Part shown: positions 37,907 through 51,300 of the stretch, piece by piece | How positions within the stretch are numbered: position 1 is the stretch's first letter | Layout: every line of letters begins with the position of its first letter | Source: Tubiluchus corallicola | Taxonomy: Eukaryota; Animalia; Priapulida | Direction of reading: 5' to 3' | Assembly: GCA_030141605.1 (NCBI GenBank) | Contig: JAQGDQ010000064.1 | Coordinates: forward strand, 672,116-736,115 | Length of the DNA stretch: 64,000 nucleotides | Program-made: the position numbers and the translations under genes | Notes under the pieces: generated by a model | Databases searched by the model: none | What the model saw: only the letters and a program-made list of their open reading frames with translations | What the model was told of the DNA's origin: nothing

Positions 37907-39861
37907 ATGGACTGTTACAGTATAGCTTCTATAATCGTCAATATTTTAAGACATGAGTGCTGCAATTGCCATAGTCATTTTAGATTTAGATTTATTATGT
38001 ACAATGCCAATGATCAAAGTTTTTAAATCATCACCACAGGAAGACACATTAAGTCAACACTATAAGAAAACGTGCACAGTGTTAAAAGAAGAAAAAATAC
38101 CTATATGCAACCTATATGCAAGACAGGTATCGATTATGTCTGCACACATTCTCACATTTACAACCTCATACACATTTACTTGCTCACACAATCACATATA
38201 CAACATAAACAATACTCACACATATTGTCTATATGCACATACAAATGGATAACACATACACACAAAACCTTATACACAAACACTTACTCATATACCCACC
38301 AACAATATAACCAGTCGTTCATGGTTAATTGAACATTGACCTTTGAGTCCTCGTTTTAGATTTCATGTAATTGGTTGGCAGAACATTAAATATTTTTGAA
38401 TGTCCTCCTTTACTTTCTTTAATCAACCGCGAGAGACATGCAAACGATTGGAAAACTAAATCTGGTCACATAAGTTTATTTTGCTTTAAGTATGTATTTC
38501 TTAATAGTCCTCGCTTAGCGACTCCCCATTTAGGGTCGTTTCGTTTTGTTTTGCGCAAAGCCGATTTTTATTTTTTCAACAACTATTTACTTAATTTGAT
38601 GTCTTTAAACATCAGGGAGCAAACTTTATGCCAAAGAATTTTGCCTGCAACCTGTTGCAATAGTACTCAGACGGTATGTAGATAAAATTCATAAAGTGGC
38701 CCAGCACTTGGCTTTAACATTCAACACCGTTGAACAGTGTGTTTATTGTTCAACAGCGGTCTAGACTTAAAGTTAATTAAAGAGAAGCCATTAGCTAGGT
38801 AAGTCAGATATATGTGTGGTTTTGAGCAAGCAGAAAGAAACTAATTAGTAGAAACATGAGTAAAACTCACAAAATGTTTAATTTATATGATTTAAGCAGC
38901 ATAGTTTAAACCTAAACTCTTAATATAGCTGCCTTAGGAAATAATGATCTGTTGAAGTTGTTATTATTTGGAAAAGATGAATTTAACTATGTTGCTAACT
39001 GTAAAATATACCAATGTATACATGATCTTATGCTACGTACTAAACGCTTCCAGTAGTCTCTATCTGATATAAAATGCATCAGTCTTAAATAATCGTACAT
39101 TAATATTTTCTAACCGTCAATTTCTACTAATGTCTAATGTATTCTTGTAGTAAAACTTGTCAGCTTGTGTAGTTATAGTCTATTCTTACTGTAAATGTTC
39201 TTGTAAATAGTGTATAAAGTCTGTTGAGGTGAGGATCCTAAATCATGTTGTTCAGACTGTCTGATCCAATCCTAAATAAATTATGTTTAAACTAACCTAA
39301 ACTCTGCCTTCCTTAAAGCCATCTCTACAGATGTCCTGGCTCTTTAGGAAACTTGCCTTAATTGATGAAATTGCTTAATCTCCTTTCATATCTCTCGGAT
39401 ATTCATTACATTGTCGTTATGATCCTCAGTCATATGAATTATCTATATTTATTGAGAACTCGAGTTTCTTGTCTCTTTCTTGCTAGGTCTTGTCAATTTC
39501 GAGTTGCACTACTTCACTTTTTGCTATTTTCCTGTACTAATGCCCATCTACTTCATTCTGTTCTGTGGTTGGTTTATTATTGATATTAAAGCCTTATGGA
39601 GCCACCTACTGTTTTTTTGGTAGTTTTAACGGCGATCAAATAGAACCAAGTCTCCAATGTTTTACTCTAATGTATGCAGCAGCAGCTGGCCACTTTGGCC
39701 CGGCTGTTATAATTGTTATAGATCACTTTAACAGACTTTAATTCATCTGTTTTAACTGCATGCAACCATTTTCATTGTAACGGTCAGCAAACATAATTGC
39801 AAATAATTAATTAAGGTATGTTTATAAAAGTGCATTAGCTGCATATTCCTGACACAGTTAA

Positions 39862-40290
39862 TAGGGGTGAGCATCGAACATTCGAGTTGGAACATTCGAA
39901 TCGAATTCGAACGCTCGAATTCGATTCGAACGAGTTTTTTTAGTTTGAACTCCATCCGAATCCAAAACTATAGATTCGAATACTTCAGTACTTCAATCAC
40001 ATATGTTCCTGATCATTAAAACAATTGAAACATCATGCAATTAGCATAAATTAGCTGTGATTTCTGCACACAAGTTTTAACAAATTACTAGTCGTTTTAT
40101 TGTAGAACAAAATCGAGTGATATGCATGATCTTTGTAAGACAAATTTTTACTGGTGGTTCGAAAACTTGTTCGAAAATCTTTCAATCTCCATTCGAATTC
40201 GAAACACTGAAGTTCGGTTCGATTCGAATTTTAAAGTCACAAATTCGGTTCGATTCGAATTCGCTTTCTGGTAGAGAATGCTCACCCCTA
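39862..40290. mobile_element. hAT-superfamily MITE with TTCGAA subterminal repeats
   Basis: 13-bp perfect TIR TAGGGGTGAGCAT / ATGCTCACCCCTA, an 8-bp TSD ACAGTTAA / ACAATTAA (1 mismatch), and many TTCGAA/ATTCG motifs near both ends. Confidence 0.85.
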
Positions 40291-40809
40291 ACAATTAACT
40301 GAACAAAGCCATTTTATTTTCACTTGTTTTCCATCAGTTGTGCAGCTTTGTTGGTGAAATGAGGGGCATATCGTAGATGCCTGTTCAAATATGATGATGC
40401 TGATAACGATGATGACAACTATAATTACATTTTATGACTTTATGATATATGTCGTATTATAGATTATTATTAATAAAATGAAAAAAACAAAGGTTTGCTG
40501 GTATAAAATTACTACTGTCGTTAACACTGCTCTTCATGTTGCAGAACAGTAGTATTTGAAAACCAACTATTATTAATAATATTAACATACTATTTCTATG
40601 TTGGACGTTGGTACCGGTTTTTGAGTGTTAGTTACTGTGTTGGTCGCCAAAATTGCCTATATTACTAAAGGCCAATTATATGTTTACTAAATCTTCAACA
40701 TGCGCATTAAAATTTGAGGCAAGTGGTGGCCGTCACTTTTTCAGTTTGTCGGTAATTGCAATTGGTTATGAGAATGTAAAATTAAGAGGGCTTGTAATTT
40801 GACTTAATA

Positions 40810-42858
40810 ATGTCGAAGTCAGCAAAGAACAAGACGAACACGGAAATTTTAGATCGCAACGATGTTCTTCAAGCGGTTGTAATTGCAGATAGTTTTGACG
40901 TCAGATTTGCACCGTTGACTGTAAAAAAACCTAGAGCTCTCTTGCCTCTGTTGAATGTTCCTCTCCTGGACTATACGTTGTCTTTTTTAACAAACTCTGG
41001 AATTGAAGAAATTTTTATTTACTGTTGTCACATTGCTGAGGAAGTAAAGGCATACGTATCAGCCTTCACAAAGGCAAATGGATTACCGTGTGAGGTGACA
41101 TGTATTGTTTCTGAGAATGTCATATCTGTAGGCGATTGTTTGCGAGATCTTGACGCAAAGGATCTAATTTCGTCGGATTTCATCCTTGTTCATGGAGATG
41201 TAGTTTCAAATATTTTGCTACTGCCGATTATCAAGGCTCACAAAGCAAGAAGGGAGAAAGAGAAATCTTGTGCAATGACTATTTTGAACACGAAAGCTTT
41301 TCCTGGTCATAGGAGTCGTTGCAAGGAGTCAGAGTGTACTGTAGCAGTTGATGCAACATCGAGCAAGCTTTTATTTTACCAGAATGTGTCAGCACACAAG
41401 CGTATTCAGTTTCCTTTACATATTTTCCAAGAGTATGGAGAAATAGAACTCCACCATGATTTGCTGGACTGTCAAATTAGTATTTGTTCCCCCACAGTTT
41501 GTCAGCTATTCACAGATAATTTTGACTACCAGACACGAGAAGATTTCATACGTGGAACATTGACAGCTGGGGAAGTGCATGGAAATACAATATACATTAG
41601 TCTAGTAGAAGATGAGTATGCTGCTCGTGTTTCAAATTTGTCAATGTATGATTCTGTTAGTAAAGATTTACTAAGCCGCTGGGCATTTCCCATTGTGCCT
41701 GACTTATTTAGTTTGTCAGAAGATTCTCTTCCTTTTTGTTATGGAAGGCATAGTATTTACCTTCATCAGTGGGGAGTGAAACTTGCTAGGGGTTGCTGTA
41801 TAGAGGACTGTGTAATGATAGGCAAGGGAACAACTGTTGGGAAAGATTCAGTCATTTCAAATTCAGTAATTGGTAGCAATTGTACTATTGAAAGCAATGT
41901 TGTTATTCACAATTCATACATTTGGAATGGTGTGACTATCAAACAAGACTGCAAAATTAACAAGGCCATTCTAGCTGATGAAGTCACCATACTGGATGGT
42001 GTTCTTATTCAGCCAGGCTGCGTTATATCATATGGTGTCAAGCTAGGTCCAAATATCTCATTACCGTGCTGTAGCAGATTAGTTGCTTCATCTTCAGAAG
42101 CACAAACTGTAGATGGTTTTAATGACGAGGTCAATAAAAGCATTTTAGACTCTCCAGACCTGGAAGTTGTTGGATCTAAAGGGATTGGATATTTATTACA
42201 ATCTCAGCCTGTTATAAACAGTGATTCTGAAGAGGAAAAATTGGTAAAGGACACATGGGGCACGGATAATTTATGTCTTGATGACAGCGACGATAGCAGT
42301 GTTGCTAGTTTAGAAATTGAGGAAGAGACATTACCACCGAGCCCACCTGCAGATGATACAAAGTTATTTTATAATGAAGTTTTGGACAGCTTGCAACGTG
42401 GCATAGATGAAAACGTCAACTGTGAAAATTTGATTCTTGAAATAAACTCTTCAAAGTATGCTTACAATGTTACAATGAAAGAGTTGAACATTCATGTCAT
42501 TAAAGCCATTTTAGAGACACCTCATTTGCGAGCCAGTTCTTACCTACAGCCACCTCAACTGTTCTCCTTGTTAAAGCCATTGTTAAGCAAGTTAAAACTT
42601 CTTTTGATGAACTATATTAAAAGTGCAGAGTCGCAATTAGATTGTTTACAAGCGCTTGAAGAGAGCTGTTTGCAGTGGGAAAGTCTGCTTTTTGTTTTAG
42701 CCAAAGTTATACATCTGCTCTATAACTTAGATATAATAGAGGAACAAGTGATTCATAGATGGTTCGGCGCTTGCAAAACCCAGCCAGTGAAATCTCAGGC
42801 AGAGCCATTTATTAAATGGCTACAGGAAGCTGAAGAAGAGAGCAGTGACTCTGACTAA
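40810..42858 (+). CDS. EIF2B5: Translation initiation factor eIF2B subunit epsilon, intronless
   Basis: 682 aa: LQAVVIADSF..RFAPLT..KPRALLPL (NT-like domain), LFTDNFDYQTR (NF motif), hexapeptide LbH repeats, an acidic linker, and a W2/HEAT domain (LEINSSKYAYN...LYNLDIIEE...FIKWLQEAEEES). Confidence 0.96.
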   Translation: MSKSAKNKTNTEILDRNDVLQAVVIADSFDVRFAPLTVKKPRALLPLLNVPLLDYTLSFLTNSGIEEIFIYCCHIAEEVKAYVSAFTKANGLPCEVTCIVSENVISVGDCLRDLDAKDLISSDFILVHGDVVSNILLLPIIKAHKARREKEKSCAMTILNTKAFPGHRSRCKESECTVAVDATSSKLLFYQNVSAHKRIQFPLHIFQEYGEIELHHDLLDCQISICSPTVCQLFTDNFDYQTREDFIRGTLTAGEVHGNTIYISLVEDEYAARVSNLSMYDSVSKDLLSRWAFPIVPDLFSLSEDSLPFCYGRHSIYLHQWGVKLARGCCIEDCVMIGKGTTVGKDSVISNSVIGSNCTIESNVVIHNSYIWNGVTIKQDCKINKAILADEVTILDGVLIQPGCVISYGVKLGPNISLPCCSRLVASSSEAQTVDGFNDEVNKSILDSPDLEVVGSKGIGYLLQSQPVINSDSEEEKLVKDTWGTDNLCLDDSDDSSVASLEIEEETLPPSPPADDTKLFYNEVLDSLQRGIDENVNCENLILEINSSKYAYNVTMKELNIHVIKAILETPHLRASSYLQPPQLFSLLKPLLSKLKLLLMNYIKSAESQLDCLQALEESCLQWESLLFVLAKVIHLLYNLDIIEEQVIHRWFGACKTQPVKSQAEPFIKWLQEAEEESSDSD

Positions 42859-44389
42859 CATATTAACTTATAAAAACATATTTTGTTCTAAAAGCTTGAT
42901 ATCGTTTTGCTCAATGCTGTTATTGTGGGACAGGTTTCTGTGTAAAGTGCAAGTGCTAAGAAAGTTGCAAACCATGTAATTTAGCATATTTTGCAAGTAT
43001 TTTGTAGAAAGCTACAACATACTTTTACTTGGACAGTGACTGTGATGGTATAAGGTTCTGCCACCTAAATGGAAATACCATTAGTATGTTATGTTTATTC
43101 CACAGTGAAATTAAGGCATGTGGTGTGGAATGTAGGTTCACTTATTGTAAATGAGTGTAGAAACATTTCTCAATATTTTCAGTAAAATATCCTTATTTAC
43201 TGTTACTTTTTAAAAATGAATACTAGTTCCAACAGTTGAGACTTCTGAATTTGGTGAATGTATTGCACCACATTTTTTGCAATGTTTACCATCCTGCATC
43301 CATTTTATAGTCCATATTATGCATATTCTGATTGAACAGACTTGCACAGCTGCAACCTTGATTCCACTTCGTATAGCTATTTGCATAATTAAATCTATAA
43401 GTCGTAGAAACTTTGAATGATTATGTTTCCCTAGTACGTGAATATTGTTTTACTGTAGATATAAATAGACTTGTTAAACATCAGTATATGTTTAAAATAC
43501 AAAGCTGGATTGGGAGTAATAATTTTTTTTATTTTATCTTATTAAAGTACCATTTAGTTATTTTATATAGTATTTTGTACTTTTATTACATAAATCACCA
43601 GTTATCTCTGTTGTGGTAATACTTATAATATTACGATAACAGGTTCATCGTAATTTCATTTCAACCTAGAGAAAACAAGCAGGTAAAAAATGCTGCAATT
43701 AAACAACACTACACAGCATGAAGCTTGATAGTAAAAAATAAACTAAACTAACAAGTACATCTAAAAGCTAATAAAACTAACCATAATTAAGGTAAATGTA
43801 TTATGACGCACAACAAGTAAAAAGTAAATAGTAAACATTTTTATTAAAGGTTGTGATGAATGAGAATGTTTTAATACGTTTTAAGCTTTGCATCAATTCA
43901 GCCAAAACAATTGAACAGATTAGCTGTTATGCAAGTTGAATTTGTAATTAGTGGAAGTTTAAACTTTGACAAAATTCTAAAAAGAAAAAAGAGCAGTTAT
44001 CTATTTGTTGCCGAGAAAAAGCAGCCAATGTAGCCCTTTTTATAATTTTTTAATTTATAATGTGTTACCTGTAATAAAAGTTAATAAAAGCTAATATTGT
44101 TAATTTATAATTTAATTATTCACTGCTGCTTTTTCTGTGAAAGAAAAGGGATAACTGCTTTTCTTCTTTTATAATACAATTTTATAGAACAAATGATAAC
44201 GTGAGAATATCATCAATGTCGACCTATTTATAATTTATTAATGATAAGTAAGTTTTAAAAATCTAGAAAGTATAGATCCACTTAGGTCCCATGCAACAGT
44301 GCTGTTTGCTTGCATGTGTGTTTGTTTCTTTTGAATGTTTCTTCCATGTAAAAAAATAAAATAACATATTACATGTCAAATTTAATAAA

Positions 44390-47300
44390 TGTACAAATAA
44401 TTCAATACGACATTTTGACGAAGAAATGCAAACTATTCTTGAAAAAATTAACAAATCTGGTAAAAGAGCTTATATTTGTCGCGATATTAATATTGATCTT
44501 CTAAAGCACGAGAAATCAAATTCTGTCAGCAATTACCTTAACACTATATTTGCGAATCAGTTTGTTCCCATAATCACGCGACCAACAAGACTAACCAGCT
44601 CTTCACAAACTTTAATCGACCATATTTATACAAATGACCTAGATAATCCTATCACACCTGGAGCAATCATGTATCCAATTGGTGATCATTTGCCAATATT
44701 TGTAATCATCAAATCATCTTACAAATACGCAAAGAATTCATCTACTAAAGTCCAAGTTCGATGCACAAAAAACTTCAGCAAGGCTGACTTTATGAATGAA
44801 TTGACAAATTCCCTGTCCTCTATAAATCCTGGCAACTTAGATGTTGATTGCTGTACAGATTCGTTTTTCACTTTATTCATCAATATTCTTAATAAACATG
44901 CTCCCATAAAAACTTTATCCAGAAAAGAGCAATCAACATTTAAGAAGCCGTGGATAACACCTATTTTAAATTCTATTCGTAATCGCAGTAAAATGTATAA
45001 AACTCAAACTGTCTAACTCTACCCTAAGACAAAAACAGTACAGAAATTATGTCAATAAACTTAATCATGTTGAGGCCCAATCCAAGAAAAAATATTATCA
45101 AAATCTTATCAATAACAACAAGAATAATTTAAAAAAAGTTTGGACATCCTTAAATGAAATTCTTGGTAACAAAAAGAAAAATTTGGTTACTCCAACCAAA
45201 ATTAGTGCAGGGACAAGCAAAATCACAGATCTTAAGCTAATAGCCAATAATGTCAACAATTTTTTACATCAGCTGGTGAAAACATGGCTAATAGCATTAA
45301 CTCCTCTGCTGATCCTTATCAATTTCTTAGCCCAACCAATCAAAACTCAATTTTTTTAGTCCTGTCACCATAGAAGAAATTACACGGCTTATATTAAAAT
45401 TAGATATTAGTAAGGCTGCTGGTCCTGAGAAATAATAGATACTATTCGTTCTAATTTAGATAAAAAATTAACAACTTGTGGCATATTTCTTGACCTTTCA
45501 AAGGCATTTGATACCGTACAATATCACATACTATTAATCAAACTCGAACATTATGGTATTAGGGGTACCCCACTGGAACTACTAAAATCATACCTTACTA
45601 ATCATAAACAATATACTTGCATAAACAACACCCACTCGGATATCACTAGCATAAGATGTGGAGTTCCCCAAGGTTCTACATTAGGTCCCCTTTTTTTCTT
45701 AATTTACATCAATGATTTGGCACATTGTTCTGATTTCCATGTCCAGTTATTTGTAGATGATGCGAACCTATTTTTACATGGTACTAATCTTAGCCAGCTT
45801 CAACTCAAGACTAACAATGAACTAGACAAGATAGATACATGGATGAGGGCTTATAAGTTAACAATAAACTATGAAAAAACAAAATATATGCTTATTTCTA
45901 GCCAAGCGTTTGATGCAAGTAATACTTTTAAACTGTTTATGGGGATCATGAATTAATTGCAGCCGATAATATAAAATACTTAGGTTTGTACATTGATAAT
46001 ACATTGTCATGGAAAACTCAAATAAAATCAGTCACGTATAAACAATAAGCTCATTGGTCTTTTTGCTAAAGTGCGATATTTCTTAGACACCTTCATCTTA
46101 CGAATGCTTTACTACTCGCTTGCATATCCTTATCTCCAGTATTGTATCCTGTGCTTTGGTACTGCAAAAACATCTGTCCTAAAACCACTCATTACGGCCC
46201 AGAATAAGATAGTGAAAATCATTACATTTAGCCCATATCGTGTTCATGCTACACCCTCTTATGTATAGCTTAAACTGTTAAAACTTAATGAAATTTACCA
46301 ATTAGAGCTGGCTAAATTCATGTATCATTTTGTAAATAAGAACTTACCTGAACTATTCTCTAACTATTTTACTACCATATCTGAAATCCATAACTACGAA
46401 ACTAGATCTGCCACTCGTGGTCTATATTTTACGCCCAGATTCTGTACCACTCATGGATTAAGTACTATCAAATATCAAGCTGTTAAATTCTGGAATTGTT
46501 TGAACAGCAACATTCTAACAGTATCTATATCTTGATCTCTAAACTTAAAAAGCAATTGCTATTAACTTACACTGATTAATGTTAATCTCTTACTGAATTA
46601 TATTCTATTTTCTTTACCTAACTTAATAATCCTAACTACATTAATATTCATAAAACTGAAAACACTACAGCATGGCAAGAATCTGTGGCTCAGAAAATGT
46701 ACCCTAATCCTCAATTAAATTTTTTTTGTCAATTATTGAATAACGAGCTACTGATTCGTGCTTTGAATGCTGTTACTTATAACTCTACAAATTAGTTAAT
46801 CCACAGGCCATTACAGATATTATCTTAAATATCAGGAAATACTCTGCCCTTCTTCTCTTCTTTACAGCAGAGTAATTATTAAAGTCATACTGCAATACTA
46901 TTTTATGAGTAAAGCTTCAGGTGTTGTTCACAGATTGCACAAGTCTTACCTCTCCTTTATAAAATTACTAAAACATCCTGTATAGCTAAATGTTTGTCTT
47001 ATCAGTATATTGAGAATTACATTATTTAGTATTATTGTCCAAGTCAGTAGATTTGTACTTAATCAATAAGCCTAGAAATAATGAAGTTGAACTCAAATCA
47101 AAATGTATTTAACTCCTGTTGTTGATTAATTGCATTATTAACCCAAAGTGTTTTTATCATTTCATAACAATTTTGACTTGCCTTCCACTCAATATCTAAA
47201 TGCTATTTTTAGTTTAATCAAAATTGACCTTATTCTGTTGCCCACTAAATTAAAGTACATGTATTTTCTTGATCTGGATTACTTAATTATACAGCAAATG

Positions 47301-47560
47301 GCATAATTTTAAAATTATTAATGTTTCCTAAATTTAACTGATAACATTAATGCCCACCAGTGTCTAAAAATCATTTTATCTATATTCGGTACAGGATAGC
47401 AGATTAGGTGACTTTATAGTCTTTTCGCTATCCTTTCTCTAGTTCTAGATCTATCTATTCATTTTAACCATTCTTCAAAACTTATTAGCAATTCTTTTAT
47501 TAATCATGTTTTATTGTAGTATTATAAAGAGATAAATAAATTACGATTTGAATTTGAGTA
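44390..47560 (+). mobile_element. Degenerate CR1/L2-type LINE (APE end, RT with internal deletion, long 3' UTR)
   Basis: APE motifs (DINIDLLK, PTRLT...TLIDHIYTN, GDHLPIF) and RT motifs (IFLDLSKAFDTV, GVPQGSTLGPLFFLIYIND, FVDD, IKYLGL). It is related to the 12-13.7 kb copy. The early RT is missing at a junction near 45430. A 3' stem-loop and AATAAA tail lie at ~47390-47560. Confidence 0.85.
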
Positions 47561-48347
47561 TTTTTGTAACTTTTTAGTATGCATACATCTAATTAACTAC
47601 AAGGAATACTATACCAATGTTTGATCAATGACATGCCTGAGTTACAGTTATACTCTTCCAAGCACACTTAACCAATATAAATTCACCGCATTCATTATAA
47701 GCATAAAATTATACTTACGAATCGCCTAACTGGTCCTTACAATAGAGAAATCTTGTGTCTTGTGTCACTGTTATACTGCAATATGATATATTTTAGCCAA
47801 CTTGAAGTGTAGAATTTTTCTTAATTTTATTCTGCTGTCCTTTATTTAAAAAGTGGCTTCAAATTGTTCAAAATAACTTTAATTAACAACGTCTGCTACA
47901 TTTCTTGTGCGTGTGAAGTTCTCTGGATTAGTGTTAAAAGCCTGGTTGTCTGTGTCTTGCTTATACGGGAAACAACAAATTGCACTATTGTCTTTTATTA
48001 AATTTTCTTGTCAGTTTTCATAAAGTTGAAATTAATAAGATAACTTCGAGAACTATAGTCATTTTCCGAGGAGAATGAGAATTTTTTTCTAAAAGCTGAC
48101 GTACTTTGGCGTTCTAGGCAATAACCTAGTTAGCCTATTGGTTAATACGCTCCTGCTTTTCAACCACATTATCAGCAAGCAGTTGGACTTTTGATATGAA
48201 CTGTAAACAAATCCACATATCACTTGGCTTAATGCAATGTAATACACTAGCTAGAGCCACATGGATTCTGTTTTCACGCATTCACGTTTTTAAAATTGTC
48301 CTTGTTTTTTCAGCGTTCATAGAATAATTTATGTCGAATTTGAGACT

Positions 48348-51300
48348 ATGGCAGCAAGTAGCAAAAATGAAGAAACTGTGAAATTGTTAAAGTCGTTAAA
48401 CAGAATTCTTCGTCATGTTCCTGCTCTACATTTGACGGAGACTCTTATTGATGAAAGAACTGGCGAGGACACGTTGAAGTATCATTTGGAGCCAAACAAC
48501 AACGCCTGGAAGCAATTTGGACAGTTTTTACTCGGCCGTTATGTGTCTGAACTGAAGGTCAGAATAAATTGTTCAAATTTCTGTTGTTAATTGCTCTATT
48601 GGCTTATAGGTTAGAGACAGGGACAAAAAGATTTGTTATGGTCAGTTTAAATTATTTTTGAAGAAGATGTAAGTTAAATTAATGTTGTAGATACTAATAT
48701 TAATGATGTAATAATAGGCTATTTGACTGTTGCTGTTTTTTTATATTTAGTATTTGGGCTAAAGTTTACAATTCCCCTCATACAAGAAATTAGTTTGTTA
48801 AGTGGATCAGGGTTAGGGTTAGGGTCGGGATTAGGGTCAAGTTTAGTGTTAGGGAAAGGTCAGGATTAGGGTTAGGGTTGTGGCTATGATTAGGGTTAGG
48901 GTTATGGCATTTAAATTGTGTGGTGAGTTGTTTCTAGTATTTGCATCAACAATAAACACAAAGTTTTTACTTTGTTACAAATTTATAATTAAATAATTTT
49001 ATGTTTGTGGAACAAAGCAAGACACCTCTATTTTTTCAGTGGATTGATGCAAGAAAAGAAAGCCCTGTAGCGTACCTTTTGGATGAATATATAGCAACAG
49101 ATGCTAACAATGTCGCAAAAATCATTGAGGCGGTCAATCATATAGAGATTGACGAGAACAAGCCTTTTGCATTGTTGAGCAACTTACTGGACTTTGCAAA
49201 AGGTACAATAGTTATGCGATTTAAGAGTTGTTACATTTTACCAATTAGAATGGAAACTATTAATGCGCTTGAATCCAGCACGTCCAATTTATTTTATTTT
49301 AAATTTGCTCGTTTCTTGTAAAGTTAATGCATTAATGTTTTCCAAAAGATAATCTGAGAAGCATTTATTGTTAGCATAGAATCTAAATCTTCTCTTTGCA
49401 TTGTGCATTGTTGGGCAGAGCCATTTATACATTAGAACTGGAATAAGCCCAAACAATGTATACTGCACAGGGCAGATCCGTTTAGCATTCACGTATCAAT
49501 TCAGCAGTGTTATGATTATAAGTTTATAATTGGAAATAATGTATCCCCAGGTTTCTTTCCGATGACCAAAGACTAACAGCCAATCGTTTGATCCTTGGCC
49601 TGAAAATGATTTAGATCAGGGTCGGATTGGGTATTAAATTCGTATCGGACAGGCCTGAAGACAAACTTTTGCGATGTTCAAAAATTATTACCATGTTGTG
49701 TACCAGAGCACTATGTCCAAGTATAAAACAACATGCTGAAATGAAAATGTGTGGTTTTGCAACTAATTACTTGCTAATTTGCAGTCAGTACTTACAGGTG
49801 TAAAATAATTTAGAGATTGCTTGTAAGATATAGCCTGTAAATATAGACTACCTATATAGCTACAAATCTAAATTATGCTCTAACATATCTTTTTTTTAAC
49901 AGAAATTGCCCGGCAGTGGTGTAATTCTTGCTTCAACATGATTATGAATGAAAGCAGAGATAGTGATGATTCTGATGACAATATTTCATGTACGTGTGAA
50001 TGCGGTGACGAAAGTTATATCGAACATTTTAAAAAGAATTATCAAGCGCCGGCTGTTACTGGAAATGTAGCGTCTGTTCAAATTCATGGATCAGCACAAA
50101 TTTGTGTCAGATCTGCAGTCATCAATTGTCCCTGTGGACAGAATCAGTTTAGTTTGTTTGGTCATAGTCAGAGTTCTTCTCCTGTCGAACAAGGTATTTT
50201 TGCTAGCCGATCTACGTCAGCGAACAGCGTTCGAACGGATGAAGCAGAAGCTTCTCAAACGCCGAGAAAACCTTACATTGGGCACATGCGTGAACAATGT
50301 GTCAAAGAAGTAAGCATATCGACTACCCAGACTGCCTGTCAAGCACAGGCAAGTGTGAGGACAAAACAACAAACAAAATGCTGTCAACGGGGAGGAAATG
50401 AACGTTAGTTTTCTTATTAACGTTTTTACGGTGTTACTTACTGCGAATAAATGACTGACAATAGCCTGAATACTGATTCTAACTATTTCTCCATTTCCTT
50501 TCGATTCTTGCTTCTCGGTCGTTTCTGTCTTAGTATTTTTTCGCTGTTACGTTTAACTCGTTTACAACAACGAGAAATAATTATGTACTGAAGCTCTGGT
50601 ATCTAGAACACTTATGTATGATCTGCGTGTAGACTGAATTTTTGCTGTTTCAGTAACTTAAAACTAAAATGCTGAAATCTCCTGCAATATAAAATGTTTT
50701 TACAATCTTAGTTTTTTCAGGGAAATTTCTTCTGCTTCATGCAAGTGACTTAAGTGAAGAAGTGCGCCTAGATATCACTGCTAAGATATTACAGCATGCA
50801 CCTAATGACGTTGTTCATTCTATTGCCGAGAGGGAGCGTATCCTTGATGTGAGAGTAAGTTACTCTTATTGCTGCGATATGTGGCTTAGTTTAATTTATT
50901 AACTAATGTAGCGGTTATGAATTCACAAATCTCGTGGGTCAAAGAACAAAATCTGTCAGACTTGTTTACAATTGTCTTGCTTACTTAACTGTAAACTTCC
51001 GAAACCAAGAATTCCCAACCATTTCTAGGCAGGGCGCCGTTTGATTAATTTTACGTCTCTACAAAAAGTATTATCGTATTTGATGATGAAAAAGTCCTGG
51101 AACATCTCTGCTAGAAGACTATTATTACAAACTTACATTAAAACCGAAGAAAATTATAGGCTAATTATTTTAGTTTACTTAAGTTCTGGTTGAATCTTTT
51201 GGAAAACCCAAGTAGTTGGTTAATTTCATGATTTTAAAGTTTCTTGTCATGTTAAGGACTACTACAAGATATTATGCCCGGTAACTAAGAGGCTCCAGGA

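Noticed and set aside
39240-39720. Possible LTR-retrotransposon integrase remnant
   Set aside because: Too decayed to support any motif call.
50181-50201. TRAF6-binding motif in the adaptor (PVEQGI)
   Set aside because: It matches PxE, but the last position is Ile rather than an aromatic or acidic residue.
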